NCBI GenBank assembly: GCA_017961285.1
Contig: JAGCXO010000005.1
Span: forward strand, 1-56,151
Source: Alphaproteobacteria bacterium
Lineage (GTDB): Bacteria; Pseudomonadota; Alphaproteobacteria; RF32; CAG-239
Length of the DNA stretch: 56,151 nucleotides
Reading direction: 5' to 3'
The notes under the pieces are model-generated. The model ran no database searches and was not told where the DNA came from. It was given only the letters and a program-made list of their open reading frames with translations. Position numbers and translations under genes: made by a program. Of the stretch, positions 41,995 to 52,164 are shown piece after piece. Position 1 is the stretch's first letter, and the number at the start of each line of letters is the position of its first letter.

Positions 41995-42234
41995 CCCTAT
42001 TTTTTGCCCTGGCAAAAAATTCAAGAGATCTACCGATTAGTTTTTATCGTCATCCCTTGCTCGGCGCGTAAGCGTCCGTGCATCAAGGGATCTAAACTTC
42101 AGTGCGTCAACACTGCTTCCTTATATAAAAAAACTCGAAGATGCCTTGACCTCACATTTTCAATGCTCGGAGGCATGACTTTTATTGTTATTGTCATCCC
42201 TATTTTTTGCCCTGGCAAAAAATTCAAGAGATCT
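41995..42234. repeat. Cluster of GTCATCCC...GATC-type REP-like palindromes
   Basis: 37-bp exact direct repeat (41995-42031, 42198-42234) enclosing an inverted pair GTCAT...AGGGATCT / AGATG...ATGAC. Confidence 0.85.
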
Positions 42235-42248
42235 TCGAATTAGCGCAC

Positions 42249-42281
42249 AAAAAAACCGCTCGGAGTTTCCTCCAAGCGGTC
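42249..42281 (-). terminator. ftsH terminator
   Basis: ACCGCT.GGAG/CTCC.AGCGGT stem with T-run on minus strand. Confidence 0.75.
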
Positions 42282-42295
42282 TCTCACAAAAGTTC

Positions 42296-44167
42296 TCAAA
42301 CTTCCGGCACCGAGGCCTTGGTTCTTTTTTCTTCCGGCACCGGAGAATCTTTGGCCTTGGAAATCATTTCACCTTTCAAAACGGCCTTAATTTCCTCACC
42401 GCTCAAGGTTTCATATTCAATCAAAGCCTGTGCCAATTTTTCCCAGTCTTTTTTCTTGTCTTGCAAAATCTTTAGCGCATTTTCATGTGCTTCAGAAACC
42501 AAAGATTTTATCTCTGCATCAATCAACTTGGCGGTTTCTTCGCTCATATTTTTATTTTGCGTAACCGATTTGCCCAAAAAGACTTCTTCGGAATTATCGA
42601 CATACAAAATCGGACCGAGTTTGTCGCTCATACCCCATTCCGTAACCATTGCACGCGCCAGCTTTGTCGCCGCCGCAATATCCGAAGACGCACCGCTGGT
42701 AACCTTATCATATCCAAACTTTAGCTCTTCAGCCGCACGTCCACCCATGGTAATCACCAAGCGCGAAAGCATTTTTGCCCGCGAATAAGAATATTGGTCT
42801 TTCTCCGGCAACTGCTGAACCATACCCAAAGCGCGTCCTCTCGGAATGATTGTCGCTTTGTGAATTGGGTCTGTCTCAGGCACATTAAGCGAGCAAATAG
42901 CATGCCCTGCCTCGTGATATGCAGTCAGCATTTTTTCTTGCTCATCCATAGCCATTGACTTGCGCTCATTACCCATCATCACTTTGTCTTTGGCATCATC
43001 AAAATCCTTTGAAGTAACTTTGCGCTTATTCTTGCGCGCCGCCAACAATGCCGCCTCGTTCACCAAATTCGCCAAATCAGCCCCCGAAAATCCCGGAGTC
43101 CCTCTGGCAATAACAGCTAAATTAACGTCTTTTGCCAACGGAACTTTTTTGACATGCACTTTCAAAATTTCTTCTCTACCGCGCAAATCAGGGTTGCTGA
43201 CCACAACTTGTCGGTCAAAACGCCCCGGTCTCAACAAAGCCGGATCCAAAACATCTGGACGATTCGTCGCCGCAATCAAAATAACATTTTCATTCTCATC
43301 AAAACCATCCATCTCAACCAGCAACTGGTTAAGTGTTTGCTCTCTTTCATCATTTCCGCCGCCAAGACCGGCACCGCGGTGACGCCCGACGGCATCAATC
43401 TCGTCAATAAACAACAAGCACGGAGAATTTCTTTTTGCCTGCGCAAACATATCACGCACACGCGATGCACCAACGCCGACAAACATCTCCACAAAATCCG
43501 AACCCGAAATCGAGAAAAACGGCACATCAGCCTCTCCGGCAACAGCTTTTGCCAAAAGGGTTTTACCTGTTCCCGGAGGTCCGACCAACAAAACACCCTT
43601 GGGAATTTTTCCGCCCAAACGCTGAAATTTTGCCGGCTCTTTCAAAAAATCTATAACTTCTTCCAATTCCTGCTTCGACTCATCACAACCGGCAACATCC
43701 GCAAAAGTAACTTTTTTCATATTTTCAATCAAGCGCGCGCGTGACTTGCCGAAGCTCATGGCTTTATTGTTTCCGGCATTGGCTTGGCGCATAAAAAACA
43801 CCCAAACGCCAATCAACAAAACCATCGGAAACCACGAAACAAAAACTCCCCAAAACGTATCTGCGGTATTATCCATCGGCTTGACTTCTACCCGAACATC
43901 CGCCTCACGCAGTTTTTCATACATCGACGGATCATATGGAGCATAAGTATAAAAACTGCTTCCATCTGTTTTTCTGCCATTAACATCATTGCCGGATACA
44001 ACTACCGAGGCAACATTTTTTGCTTCTACCAAATCTAAAAATTCGGAAAAAGCTATTTGATTATTACCAAAAGAAGTTCCTCTTGACCCCATCCCTGAAA
44101 GATTGCTGAAAATTGCCAAAGCAACAATCGCAACAAACCAAAACAAAACGCTTTTCCAAATTTTCAT
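42296..44167 (-). CDS. ftsH: ATP-dependent zinc metalloprotease FtsH
   Basis: 2 TMs, [24 protein letters not shown]. Confidence 0.98.
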   Translation of the reverse strand: MKIWKSVLFWFVAIVALAIFSNLSGMGSRGTSFGNNQIAFSEFLDLVEAKNVASVVVSGNDVNGRKTDGSSFYTYAPYDPSMYEKLREADVRVEVKPMDNTADTFWGVFVSWFPMVLLIGVWVFFMRQANAGNNKAMSFGKSRARLIENMKKVTFADVAGCDESKQELEEVIDFLKEPAKFQRLGGKIPKGVLLVGPPGTGKTLLAKAVAGEADVPFFSISGSDFVEMFVGVGASRVRDMFAQAKRNSPCLLFIDEIDAVGRHRGAGLGGGNDEREQTLNQLLVEMDGFDENENVILIAATNRPDVLDPALLRPGRFDRQVVVSNPDLRGREEILKVHVKKVPLAKDVNLAVIARGTPGFSGADLANLVNEAALLAARKNKRKVTSKDFDDAKDKVMMGNERKSMAMDEQEKMLTAYHEAGHAICSLNVPETDPIHKATIIPRGRALGMVQQLPEKDQYSYSRAKMLSRLVITMGGRAAEELKFGYDKVTSGASSDIAAATKLARAMVTEWGMSDKLGPILYVDNSEEVFLGKSVTQNKNMSEETAKLIDAEIKSLVSEAHENALKILQDKKKDWEKLAQALIEYETLSGEEIKAVLKGEMISKAKDSPVPEEKRTKASVPEV

Positions 44168-44223
44168 AATTTCTTCCCCAAATTTATCCGATGCCAATAA
44201 TATAGTTTTTTTATTTTACAAAC

Positions 44224-45324
44224 TCAACCGCTTTTTCTAACCAAATACAATTTTAGTTTATAAGGCAGACCGTTAGCGTTTATTTTGCTGTGTTTACGCA
44301 CAAATTCCGCCCACTCATTTTTTGATAAAACTTTTTCATCTTGAATTTCCGGCACAACCCATATTCTGTTATTAAACTTCACAAACTCACATCTTCCGAG
44401 TGTCGCACCGGCAAAACCTTTCTTCACCAACTGTTCTGCCAATCTCGACAGCGAAGTATATTCGGGCGCATAATCAACTTTTGCCACATTCTTTATCAGT
44501 TCTGCCAAAACCCGGATTTGTATTTCTCTATGTAAAGTCCCAAACATCAAAGGCGCAAAACTCCACGCAACTCCATACCACAAGCGACAACGATTCTTGA
44601 TAAAACTATCAACCTGTCCGGCAAAATATTCTTTTGCCTCATTCAAAGCCACCGCCGCCGATGCAATTTTTTGTGCCGACAACCCCAGCTCTTTTTCGAG
44701 TTTAGGCAACATTTTGCGCACCCTCACCCGCAAAAAATCATCACAAGAATTTGAAGCATCTTCACACCAATCAATATTTTTATCTCGCAAAAATTTTTTT
44801 AATTCTTCCGGCTCAAAATTCAACAACGGTCGCACAATCAAGACTTCTTCACGCGGCGAAACCACCGCCATCGAAGCCAAACCGTCAACCCCGCTTCCTC
44901 TCTGCAAGCGCATCAAAAAAGTTTCTGCCTGATCACGCAAATGATGTGCCGTCATCAATATTTTGCAATCATTTTTTTTGCACCAACCGAACAGCAATTC
45001 ATATCTTGCTTGTCTGGCTTTGTTTTCCATTCCGCTCTGCACCGGCTCGTGATACCAATGCAAAACCTCGTGTTTTATACCGTTTTTTGCCAACAGTTCG
45101 GCAACATATTTTGTTTCATCATCTGCCTCTTTGCGCAAATGATGATTAACCGTCAAGGCACAAAGTTTACCACCGTAATTTTTAATATAATTATGCAGCA
45201 AAAACACCAAAGCAAGCGAGTCCGCTCCACCGGACACACCGACCGCAATTTTTGAAAAATCGAGATTATATTCGGCGACAATACGCCGCATTTCACAGTC
45301 AAACGACTGCTGCAAATCAACCAT
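44224..45324 (-). CDS. tilS: tRNA(Ile)-lysidine synthetase
   Basis: SGGADS PP-loop, ARQARY, AHH..DQAETFL, RPLL, EDASN. Confidence 0.94.
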   Translation of the reverse strand: MVDLQQSFDCEMRRIVAEYNLDFSKIAVGVSGGADSLALVFLLHNYIKNYGGKLCALTVNHHLRKEADDETKYVAELLAKNGIKHEVLHWYHEPVQSGMENKARQARYELLFGWCKKNDCKILMTAHHLRDQAETFLMRLQRGSGVDGLASMAVVSPREEVLIVRPLLNFEPEELKKFLRDKNIDWCEDASNSCDDFLRVRVRKMLPKLEKELGLSAQKIASAAVALNEAKEYFAGQVDSFIKNRCRLWYGVAWSFAPLMFGTLHREIQIRVLAELIKNVAKVDYAPEYTSLSRLAEQLVKKGFAGATLGRCEFVKFNNRIWVVPEIQDEKVLSKNEWAEFVRKHSKINANGLPYKLKLYLVRKSG

Positions 45325-46151
45325 TATTTACAACCCAATTTCTTTGCCTCAAGAGCGGCTCTGTCCCTGACATTTTTCTCTGCCTTAGGAAACTCTCTCG
45401 GCAAACTTACAAAGGCCGCACAAGCTTCTTTGTTTTTTTGCAACAACTGCATTGACATACCCAATTTCAACAAACTGTCCGGAGCCTTTGTTCCTTCGTG
45501 ATATTGCTGATACCCCTTAGCAAAAGCAACTGCAGCTTTTTCATATTGTTTACGGGCATAAAACGATTCTCCCAACCAATATTGCGCATTTCCGGCCAAC
45601 TTATCATTTGGAAATCTGTTCAATATTTTATTAAATTTTTTCTCGGCCTCATCATATTGCTCTGCTTTCAAAGCCTCCAATGCCGATTGATAAATCTCAG
45701 GAGCAGTATCACCGTTTGCCGGCTGCAAATTATCATCTCGCATAATATCACCGCCCACAATAGCCTGTGGAGCATCCATCGCAACCGGTGCCGCAAACTT
45801 TGGTGTATTATCTGCCACATCAGCGCTTACCGTAGGGCTGATTTTTTTTCCCTCCAAGATACTCATTCTCACATCAATATCTTTGTTTATAAGGTCAATT
45901 TTGTCACCCAGTTGTTTTATTCTGTATTCCAGCTCATCAAACCTGCCCGTCACACTGCGTACCTGTTCTTCCAGGCGTGTCAGCTGAGCGGCCGAACTGC
46001 CGTCATCATTATTATACATTTTTCGCTGAATAATTTTGATATCTTCACGCATATCATCCAACTCCTGCTGCAAAACAGAAGCATCTTGCGCACTGGCATT
46101 CATCGCAACAAAAAAGATTCCGATAACAAACAAAAAAACAGATTTTCTCAT
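45324..46151 (-). CDS. cpoB: Cell division coordinator CpoB (YbgF)
   Basis: Signal, coiled coil, TPR NAQYWLGES...KAPDSLLKLG. Confidence 0.92.
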   Translation of the reverse strand: MRKSVFLFVIGIFFVAMNASAQDASVLQQELDDMREDIKIIQRKMYNNDDGSSAAQLTRLEEQVRSVTGRFDELEYRIKQLGDKIDLINKDIDVRMSILEGKKISPTVSADVADNTPKFAAPVAMDAPQAIVGGDIMRDDNLQPANGDTAPEIYQSALEALKAEQYDEAEKKFNKILNRFPNDKLAGNAQYWLGESFYARKQYEKAAVAFAKGYQQYHEGTKAPDSLLKLGMSMQLLQKNKEACAAFVSLPREFPKAEKNVRDRAALEAKKLGCK

Positions 46152-46277
46152 AATTCTAGCCCCCAATTTTTCCTTAAAGATATGGTAAAATTTTTAATAT
46201 CACAAGCAAAAAAACTTTATCCTGTTATCTATTTTCACGAAAAAAGCCGCCGAACCATAAAAGTTCAGCGACTTCTT

Positions 46278-46670
46278 TCAATCTTTGACGATAAACCTGC
46301 TACCCATCCACCAAATTCCCATCACCAAGGCAACAAAAAACACCATCAAAGCCAAATACAAAATTTGTGCCGCATAAATCAACAATGCTGACCCCAAAAT
46401 CACAACAACAAACGACAAAATGTCATTTGCAATCGTTGTGTGGTTCATCACAATCAAGACACCCCAAATAACCAGCGAGGCTGTCAACAACAAACCACAA
46501 ACCCAATGCGGCCATTTTTCCTCTTTATTATTAGGGAAAAGGCACAAATTGTGAGGAGAATTAAAATCTCTACCCCAAATCAGAGCCACAAATGCCGACA
46601 ATACAAGGCACCCCAGCGCAACCATAATCAAAGGCTGGCTTTTTACAACCATGAAAAAAAACTCTATCAT
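46278..46670 (-). CDS. Hypothetical membrane protein
   Basis: About 4 TMs; lies between pal and cpoB with its own TTGACA and terminator; start uncertain. Confidence 0.6.
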   Translation of the reverse strand: MIEFFFMVVKSQPLIMVALGCLVLSAFVALIWGRDFNSPHNLCLFPNNKEEKWPHWVCGLLLTASLVIWGVLIVMNHTTIANDILSFVVVILGSALLIYAAQILYLALMVFFVALVMGIWWMGSRFIVKD

Positions 46671-46843
46671 AATAAAAATATTTTGGTGAATAATACGCAC
46701 AATAAATAAATTATGCTGACAGCACTAACACACAATAAAAAAAATGTCAAACTTTTATTTTGAGCTGCATACTCCAAACATAAAAAAGCTAAACCTATAG
46801 ATTCGGCAAAATATTATTTTTTTATTTAAAAATTTTTATCATC

Positions 46844-46877
46844 AAAAAAAGAGCACCCCTTCGGATGCTCTCTTTTT
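46844..46877 (-). terminator. pal terminator
   Basis: AGAGCA.CC-ttcg-GATGCTCT with A- and T-runs. Confidence 0.75.
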
Positions 46878-46896
46878 CTAAAACTGTCTAAACAAA

Positions 46897-47352
46897 TTAG
46901 TTAGAAGCTTTAACAACAGTTACAGCGCGACGGTTTTGAGCCCAAGCAGCTTCGTTGCTACCCAAAACAGCCGGTCTTTCTTTACCATAAGAAATGGTAT
47001 CGATTCTGTTAGCTGCAATGCCGTTAGCTACCAAATAAGATTTTACGGCATTTGCACGACGCTCACCAAGAGCCAAGTTGTATTCTCTGGTACCGCGTTC
47101 ATCGCAATAACCTTGAACGATAACATTAACTCTCTCATGGTTCTTCAACCATTTAACTTGAGTATCAAGAGCCTCTTCAGCATTGTTGCTCAAAGAAGAG
47201 CTGTCAAAAGCGAAGAATACTTTATCTTCGGCATTAGCCATAAAGTTACGGGCATCTCTAGAGTCGCACTCGCTGCCGCCAAACCATTCACTGGTTGTAG
47301 AACAAGCAGACAACAAAGCTACGAAACAGAACAGACCTAAAAGTTTTTTCAT
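46897..47352 (-). CDS. pal: Peptidoglycan-associated lipoprotein
   Basis: LSAC lipobox, GYCDERGTREYNLALGERRA, SYGKERP, NRRA. Confidence 0.96.
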   Translation of the reverse strand: MKKLLGLFCFVALLSACSTTSEWFGGSECDSRDARNFMANAEDKVFFAFDSSSLSNNAEEALDTQVKWLKNHERVNVIVQGYCDERGTREYNLALGERRANAVKSYLVANGIAANRIDTISYGKERPAVLGSNEAAWAQNRRAVTVVKASN

Positions 47353-47547
47353 TTCATTTCTCCATATATGGTTTTAATATTTTAATCAAATACACTTGCT
47401 AAGTTAAGCAATAAGAATTAATTTTTCAATAACAAAATGCAAAAAAAACAAAAATTGTGATTTTTTATTTTTTTTGCGACACTATAATCGCATATATTCC
47501 TTAATTTTTTATCAAGATTTTTATTGTTCGTAACTTTTTCAGCCAAA

Positions 47548-47950
47548 GAGCTGTTACACGCGCTTTACAAAAAGTGCGGAGTATAGTTCAGATGGAGTTA
47601 AAATAAAAAAAGGGAAAATTCTAGTGTACAAAGAAGTACATGAATTTTCCCTTTTTGCGATTTTAGCTCTAGATGAGCTGTTATACGCACTTTACAAAAA
47701 GTGCGGAGAATAGTTCAGATAGAGTTAAAATAAAAAAAGGGAAAATTCTAGTGTACAAAGAAGTACATGAATTTTTCTTATTGAGTAATTTTAGTTCTAA
47801 ATGAGCTGTTACACGCGCTTTACAAAAAGTGCGGAGAATAGTTCAGATAGAGTTAAAATAAAAAAAGGGAAAATTCCAGTGTACAAAGAAGTACATGAAT
47901 TTTCCCTTTTTGCGATTTTAGCTCTAGATGAGCTGTTATACGCACTTTTT
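47548..47950. repeat. Tandem array of ~127-bp palindromic elements (3 full + partial)
   Basis: Units begin AAAAAGTGCGG at 47569, 47696, 47824; each is an imperfect inverted repeat centred on TGTAC-aaagaa-GTACA. Confidence 0.95.
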
Positions 47951-50642
47951 AGCAGGCTTTTTTGCAGCAGCAGCTAACATTTTCCTCTTGCTTGTCATTT
48001 TTATGACGAACCGCAGCTTGTGCAGCAGCCAAACGAGCTACCGGAACACGGAACGGAGAGCAAGAAACATAGTTCATGCCGCAAGTCTGGAAAAAGTCGA
48101 TAGATGCCGGATCACCGCCATGTTCACCGCAAACACCGAGCAAAATTTTCGGGTTTGATGAACGAGCCTTACAGCAAGCCATCTTGACCAACATACCAAC
48201 GCCCTCAACATCAATAGATGCAAAAGGATCGGCAACATAAACACCGCGAGCGCGATATTCATCCAAGATAGCACCGGTATCATCACGGCTCATACCGAGA
48301 GTTGTTTGTGTCAGGTCATTGGTACCAAAACCGAAGAACTCAGCAGATTGTGCCAACTCATCAGCCTTAAGGGCTGCACGCGGCAATTCAATCATTGAAC
48401 CAACTTCATATTTAACTTTCTTACCTTTCTCGGCAAAAACCTTCTCAGCAGTTGTATCGATAATATTCTTAACAATGTCGAGCTCTTTCTTGGAACCTGT
48501 CAAAGGAACTTCAATTTCCGGCATAACTTTAATACCGGCATCTGCGCATTCGATAGCGGCTTCCAAAATAGCTCTGGTCTGCATTTCGCAAATTTCCGGA
48601 TAAGTAATCGGCAAACGGCAACCACGGTGACCAAGCATCGGGTTAGCTTCATGCAAAGCATCTGCTCTGTTCTTAACCTGTTGCAAAGTCATACCCATTT
48701 TGTCGGCCAATTCTTGCATTTCGGCATCTGTGTGCGGCAAGAATTCATGAAGCGGAGGGTCTAACAAACGAATAACAACCGGCAGACCTTCCATAATTTT
48801 GAACAAGTCTTTGAAGTCTTGCTTTTGATACGGCAACAAACGAGCCAAAGCCTCACGGCGTCCGGCTTCATTGTCAGACAAAATCATTGCGCGCATATTC
48901 GGAATACGATCAGCATCAAAGAACATGTGCTCAGTTCTTGCCAAGCCGATTCCTTGTGCGCCGAAATCGCGAGCTTGTTGAGCATCTTTCGGAGTTTCGG
49001 CATTAGCGCGAACATCCATGGTTCTGATTTCATCAACCCAGCCCATCAATTTACCGAAGTTACCGCTGTTGGTATCGGCCTTAACTGTCGGAACTTGACC
49101 TTCAATAATCTGACCTTTACCGCCGTCAAGAGAAACCCAATCGCCCTCTTTGATAACCACGCCGGATTTTGTTGTCATTGTCTTGTCTTTGTAGCTGATA
49201 ACAATGTCATGTGAGCCCGAAACGCAAGGAGTTCCCATACCGCGGGCAACAACAGCTGCGTGAGATGTCATACCGCCGCGAGCCGTAATAACACCTTGAG
49301 AAGCATGCATACCGCCGATATCTTCCGGAGAAGTTTCGTTACGGATAAGAATAACTTTTTCGCCTTTGGCTGCCCAAGCTTCGGCATCTTCTGCGCAGAA
49401 TACTGCACGACCGACCGCAGCTCCAGGAGAAGCCGGAAGTCCGGTAGCAATAACATTTTTCTTTGCCTTTGGATCGAGCATCGGGTGCAACAATTGGTCT
49501 AATTGGTCAGCACCAACGCGCATAATAGCTTCTTCTTTGTTGAGCAAACCTTCTTCAACCATCTCAACAGCCATACGAACGGCAGCTTGAGCGGTGCGTT
49601 TACCGTTGCGGCATTGCAACATCCAAAGTTTGCCGTGCTCAATGGTAAATTCCATATCTTGCATATCTTTGTAGTGAGATTCCAAATTGTTGCGAACATC
49701 AACCAATTCTTTATACAAATTAGGCCATTTTTCTTCCAAAGATGTGCCGTCGCCTTTTGAGCCCATCGGTTGCGGAGTTCTAATACCGGCAACAACATCT
49801 TCACCTTGAGCATTAACCAAATATTCGCCGTAATATACGTTTTCACCGGTTGCAGGATCGCGCGAGAAGCAAACACCTGTTGCACAATCGTCACCGGCAT
49901 TACCGAATACCATGGTTTGAACGTTAACGGCAGTACCCCAGTCACCCGGAATGTTGTTCAATTTACGATAAGTAATGGCACGATCAACCATCCAAGAACC
50001 GAATACGGCACCGATTCCTGCCCACAATTGATCCCATGGATCTTGCGGAACAACTTTGCCGATTCTCTGACCGATTTCCTTATATTGAGCAACCAAAGCC
50101 TTCAAATCATCAGCAGTCAAATCTGTATCAGAGGTATAACCTTTGGACTTTTTCATATTTTCCAAGGCTTCTTCATACAATTCCAGGTCTGCACCCAAAA
50201 CAACATCAGAGAACATCTGCAAAAAACGACGATAAGAGTCATAAGCAAAACGCTCAGAACCCGATGCTTTTGCCAAAGCTTTAACTGTCTCGTCATTCAA
50301 ACCCAAGTTCAAAACCGTATCCATCATACCCGGCATTGAAACTCTTGCACCCGAACGAACGGAGAAAAGCAAAGGATTGTTGGCATCGGCAAACTTCTTG
50401 CCCATAATTTTCTCAACGCCGGCAACAGCCTCTTTTACCTGTTCTTTCAAATCTTCAGGATAAGTTTTATTGTTGTTGTAATAATATGTACAAACTTCTG
50501 TTGTAACCGTAAATCCCGGAGGTACCGGCAAACCTACTTTGTTCATTTCAGCAAGGTTTGCACCTTTACCGCCGAGAAGATTGCGCATGGAGGCATCGCC
50601 CTCGGCTTTGCCGTTTCCAAATGTATATACCCATTTACTCAT
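47949..50642 (-). CDS. ppdK: Pyruvate, phosphate dikinase
   Basis: LLGGKGANL, SVRSGA, GGMTSHAAVVAR, RLLDPPLHEF, GTNDLTQ, CGEHGG. Confidence 0.98.
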   Translation of the reverse strand: MSKWVYTFGNGKAEGDASMRNLLGGKGANLAEMNKVGLPVPPGFTVTTEVCTYYYNNNKTYPEDLKEQVKEAVAGVEKIMGKKFADANNPLLFSVRSGARVSMPGMMDTVLNLGLNDETVKALAKASGSERFAYDSYRRFLQMFSDVVLGADLELYEEALENMKKSKGYTSDTDLTADDLKALVAQYKEIGQRIGKVVPQDPWDQLWAGIGAVFGSWMVDRAITYRKLNNIPGDWGTAVNVQTMVFGNAGDDCATGVCFSRDPATGENVYYGEYLVNAQGEDVVAGIRTPQPMGSKGDGTSLEEKWPNLYKELVDVRNNLESHYKDMQDMEFTIEHGKLWMLQCRNGKRTAQAAVRMAVEMVEEGLLNKEEAIMRVGADQLDQLLHPMLDPKAKKNVIATGLPASPGAAVGRAVFCAEDAEAWAAKGEKVILIRNETSPEDIGGMHASQGVITARGGMTSHAAVVARGMGTPCVSGSHDIVISYKDKTMTTKSGVVIKEGDWVSLDGGKGQIIEGQVPTVKADTNSGNFGKLMGWVDEIRTMDVRANAETPKDAQQARDFGAQGIGLARTEHMFFDADRIPNMRAMILSDNEAGRREALARLLPYQKQDFKDLFKIMEGLPVVIRLLDPPLHEFLPHTDAEMQELADKMGMTLQQVKNRADALHEANPMLGHRGCRLPITYPEICEMQTRAILEAAIECADAGIKVMPEIEVPLTGSKKELDIVKNIIDTTAEKVFAEKGKKVKYEVGSMIELPRAALKADELAQSAEFFGFGTNDLTQTTLGMSRDDTGAILDEYRARGVYVADPFASIDVEGVGMLVKMACCKARSSNPKILLGVCGEHGGDPASIDFFQTCGMNYVSCSPFRVPVARLAAAQAAVRHKNDKQEENVSCCCKKAC

Positions 50643-50792
50643 GGTCTATCTGTGCTCCTATCAGCATTAAGGTTAAAAACAAAACCACCCATATAGCGGT
50701 CTTCAAAACTAAATCGCGCTAAATTTACAACACTTGTAATGATTCTTCAAGCGAAAAAACAACTATTTTTGATTAAAATTCAAATAAACTTA

Positions 50793-51407
50793 TCAAAGCG
50801 ATTCTATTGCCGCAATCGCACCATCAATCATCTTCGACTGCTGCTTTTCATCCAAATTTTCTCTAATCGCTCTATCTAAAGTCTTGGCAACACAATCTGC
50901 CAACAAAGCCGACGATTCGGAAGCAATCTTTTCTTTCAAAGCATTCATATTAAGCTCGGCATTTCTTTCTTGAACCGCCAAGTCTTTATCTAACACTTTT
51001 TTCTGATTATTACAAAAAACATCAATATCTGCTTTTGTCTTCTCGGCCATAGAAGAAGATATTTCTTCAATATTTTCCATTTTCTGCTCATACGAAGCCA
51101 AAAGCTCTCTAGCCTCATCTCGCAGTTTTTCGGCATCTTCAATCTGATTGACCACATTATCAATCCGCTTTTGCAGCAACATTGTCAAAAGCCTTTTAAT
51201 CGGCACAAAAAGTCCCGCCACCACAATGCAAAAAGCAACGCCAACCCAAAATTCCGCCGACTGATAAAAAACTTCATGATGAGAGCCGGCAATCTCTTCG
51301 GTTGTGGTTTTTATAATATTTTCCACATCAGCAACAGCATCCATCACCGCTTCTTGCGTAGCATCAATCAGCTCTTTTCCGGCACTGTTTACAACCTGCT
51401 CATCCAT
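50793..51407 (-). CDS. atpF: F0 ATP synthase subunit b
   Basis: EFWVGVAF TM then coiled coil; N-terminal extension; operon context. Confidence 0.85.
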   Translation of the reverse strand: MDEQVVNSAGKELIDATQEAVMDAVADVENIIKTTTEEIAGSHHEVFYQSAEFWVGVAFCIVVAGLFVPIKRLLTMLLQKRIDNVVNQIEDAEKLRDEARELLASYEQKMENIEEISSSMAEKTKADIDVFCNNQKKVLDKDLAVQERNAELNMNALKEKIASESSALLADCVAKTLDRAIRENLDEKQQSKMIDGAIAAIESL

Positions 51408-51888
51408 TGCTGACCTCCTCGCGCAAAACTTTTTCTATTTGCTCTTTACTGATTGTCTCAATTTCCATCTTGTGCAAGACCTTCACAGCCAAATCAACCG
51501 CCAATGAATTCACCTGACTTTTGACATCAGCCTCAATCTTGCTCAATTCTTTTTCATTTTTATCCATACGCTCTTGCAGTCGTTGTGCCATTTCAGAGCG
51601 CATTTTTTTGGATTGCTCTTCCAGCTGGTTTTTTGCCTCAGTCCAAGACAATGCTGCTGCCTGTTCTGCTTTTTTAATTGCACCGTTATAACGCAAAACC
51701 AAATCTTCTGCCGTCTGCTTAAAAGCATCTGCGGCAGCAATACAATCATCAATTTTGCGCTGACGTCTTTGCATAATATCCGCAATCCTCGGAGCAATTA
51801 TCTTTGCTACAAAGAACCACATCAAAGAAAAGCAAACAAGCAACCAAAATATCTGCGATACAAAACTCGCACTGTTTAACTGAGGCAT
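51400..51888 (-). CDS. F0 ATP synthase subunit b'
   Basis: MPQLN...SQIFWL...PRI motif typical of alphaproteobacterial b'. Confidence 0.88.
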   Translation of the reverse strand: MPQLNSASFVSQIFWLLVCFSLMWFFVAKIIAPRIADIMQRRQRKIDDCIAAADAFKQTAEDLVLRYNGAIKKAEQAAALSWTEAKNQLEEQSKKMRSEMAQRLQERMDKNEKELSKIEADVKSQVNSLAVDLAVKVLHKMEIETISKEQIEKVLREEVSNG

Positions 51889-51911
51889 AACCAACCTATC
51901 CTTTTATAAAA

Positions 51912-52139
51912 TTAGTTTCCGCCGCCGGTCAACATAACCAACGCGATAACCAAGGCATAAAGAGCAATAGCTTCAACAGCAGCAAAACCTGCCCAACCAT
52001 AAATATCTACATCTTTCTTAACCTGAGGATTGCGTCCGACAGTTATAATAATTGTCATCCAAACTTTTGCCACACCCCAAGCTGCAACGGTCATTGACAA
52101 AGCACAAAGCGCTGCACCAATATAAGCCATAGGTTCCAT
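51912..52139 (-). CDS. atpE: F0 ATP synthase subunit c
   Basis: Two TMs, RNP loop, conserved Glu (AVEA). Confidence 0.9.
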   Translation of the reverse strand: MEPMAYIGAALCALSMTVAAWGVAKVWMTIIITVGRNPQVKKDVDIYGWAGFAAVEAIALYALVIALVMLTGGGN

Positions 52140-52164
52140 TTTAGTATCCTTTCAAAAAAATTAA

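Noticed and set aside
41995-42234. Mini CRISPR from the 37-bp direct repeat
   Set aside because: Only two copies, 166 bp apart, and the interval is itself REP-like
47548-47950. CRISPR array
   Set aside because: Units are ~127 bp and contiguous with no unique spacers; no cas genes in the window
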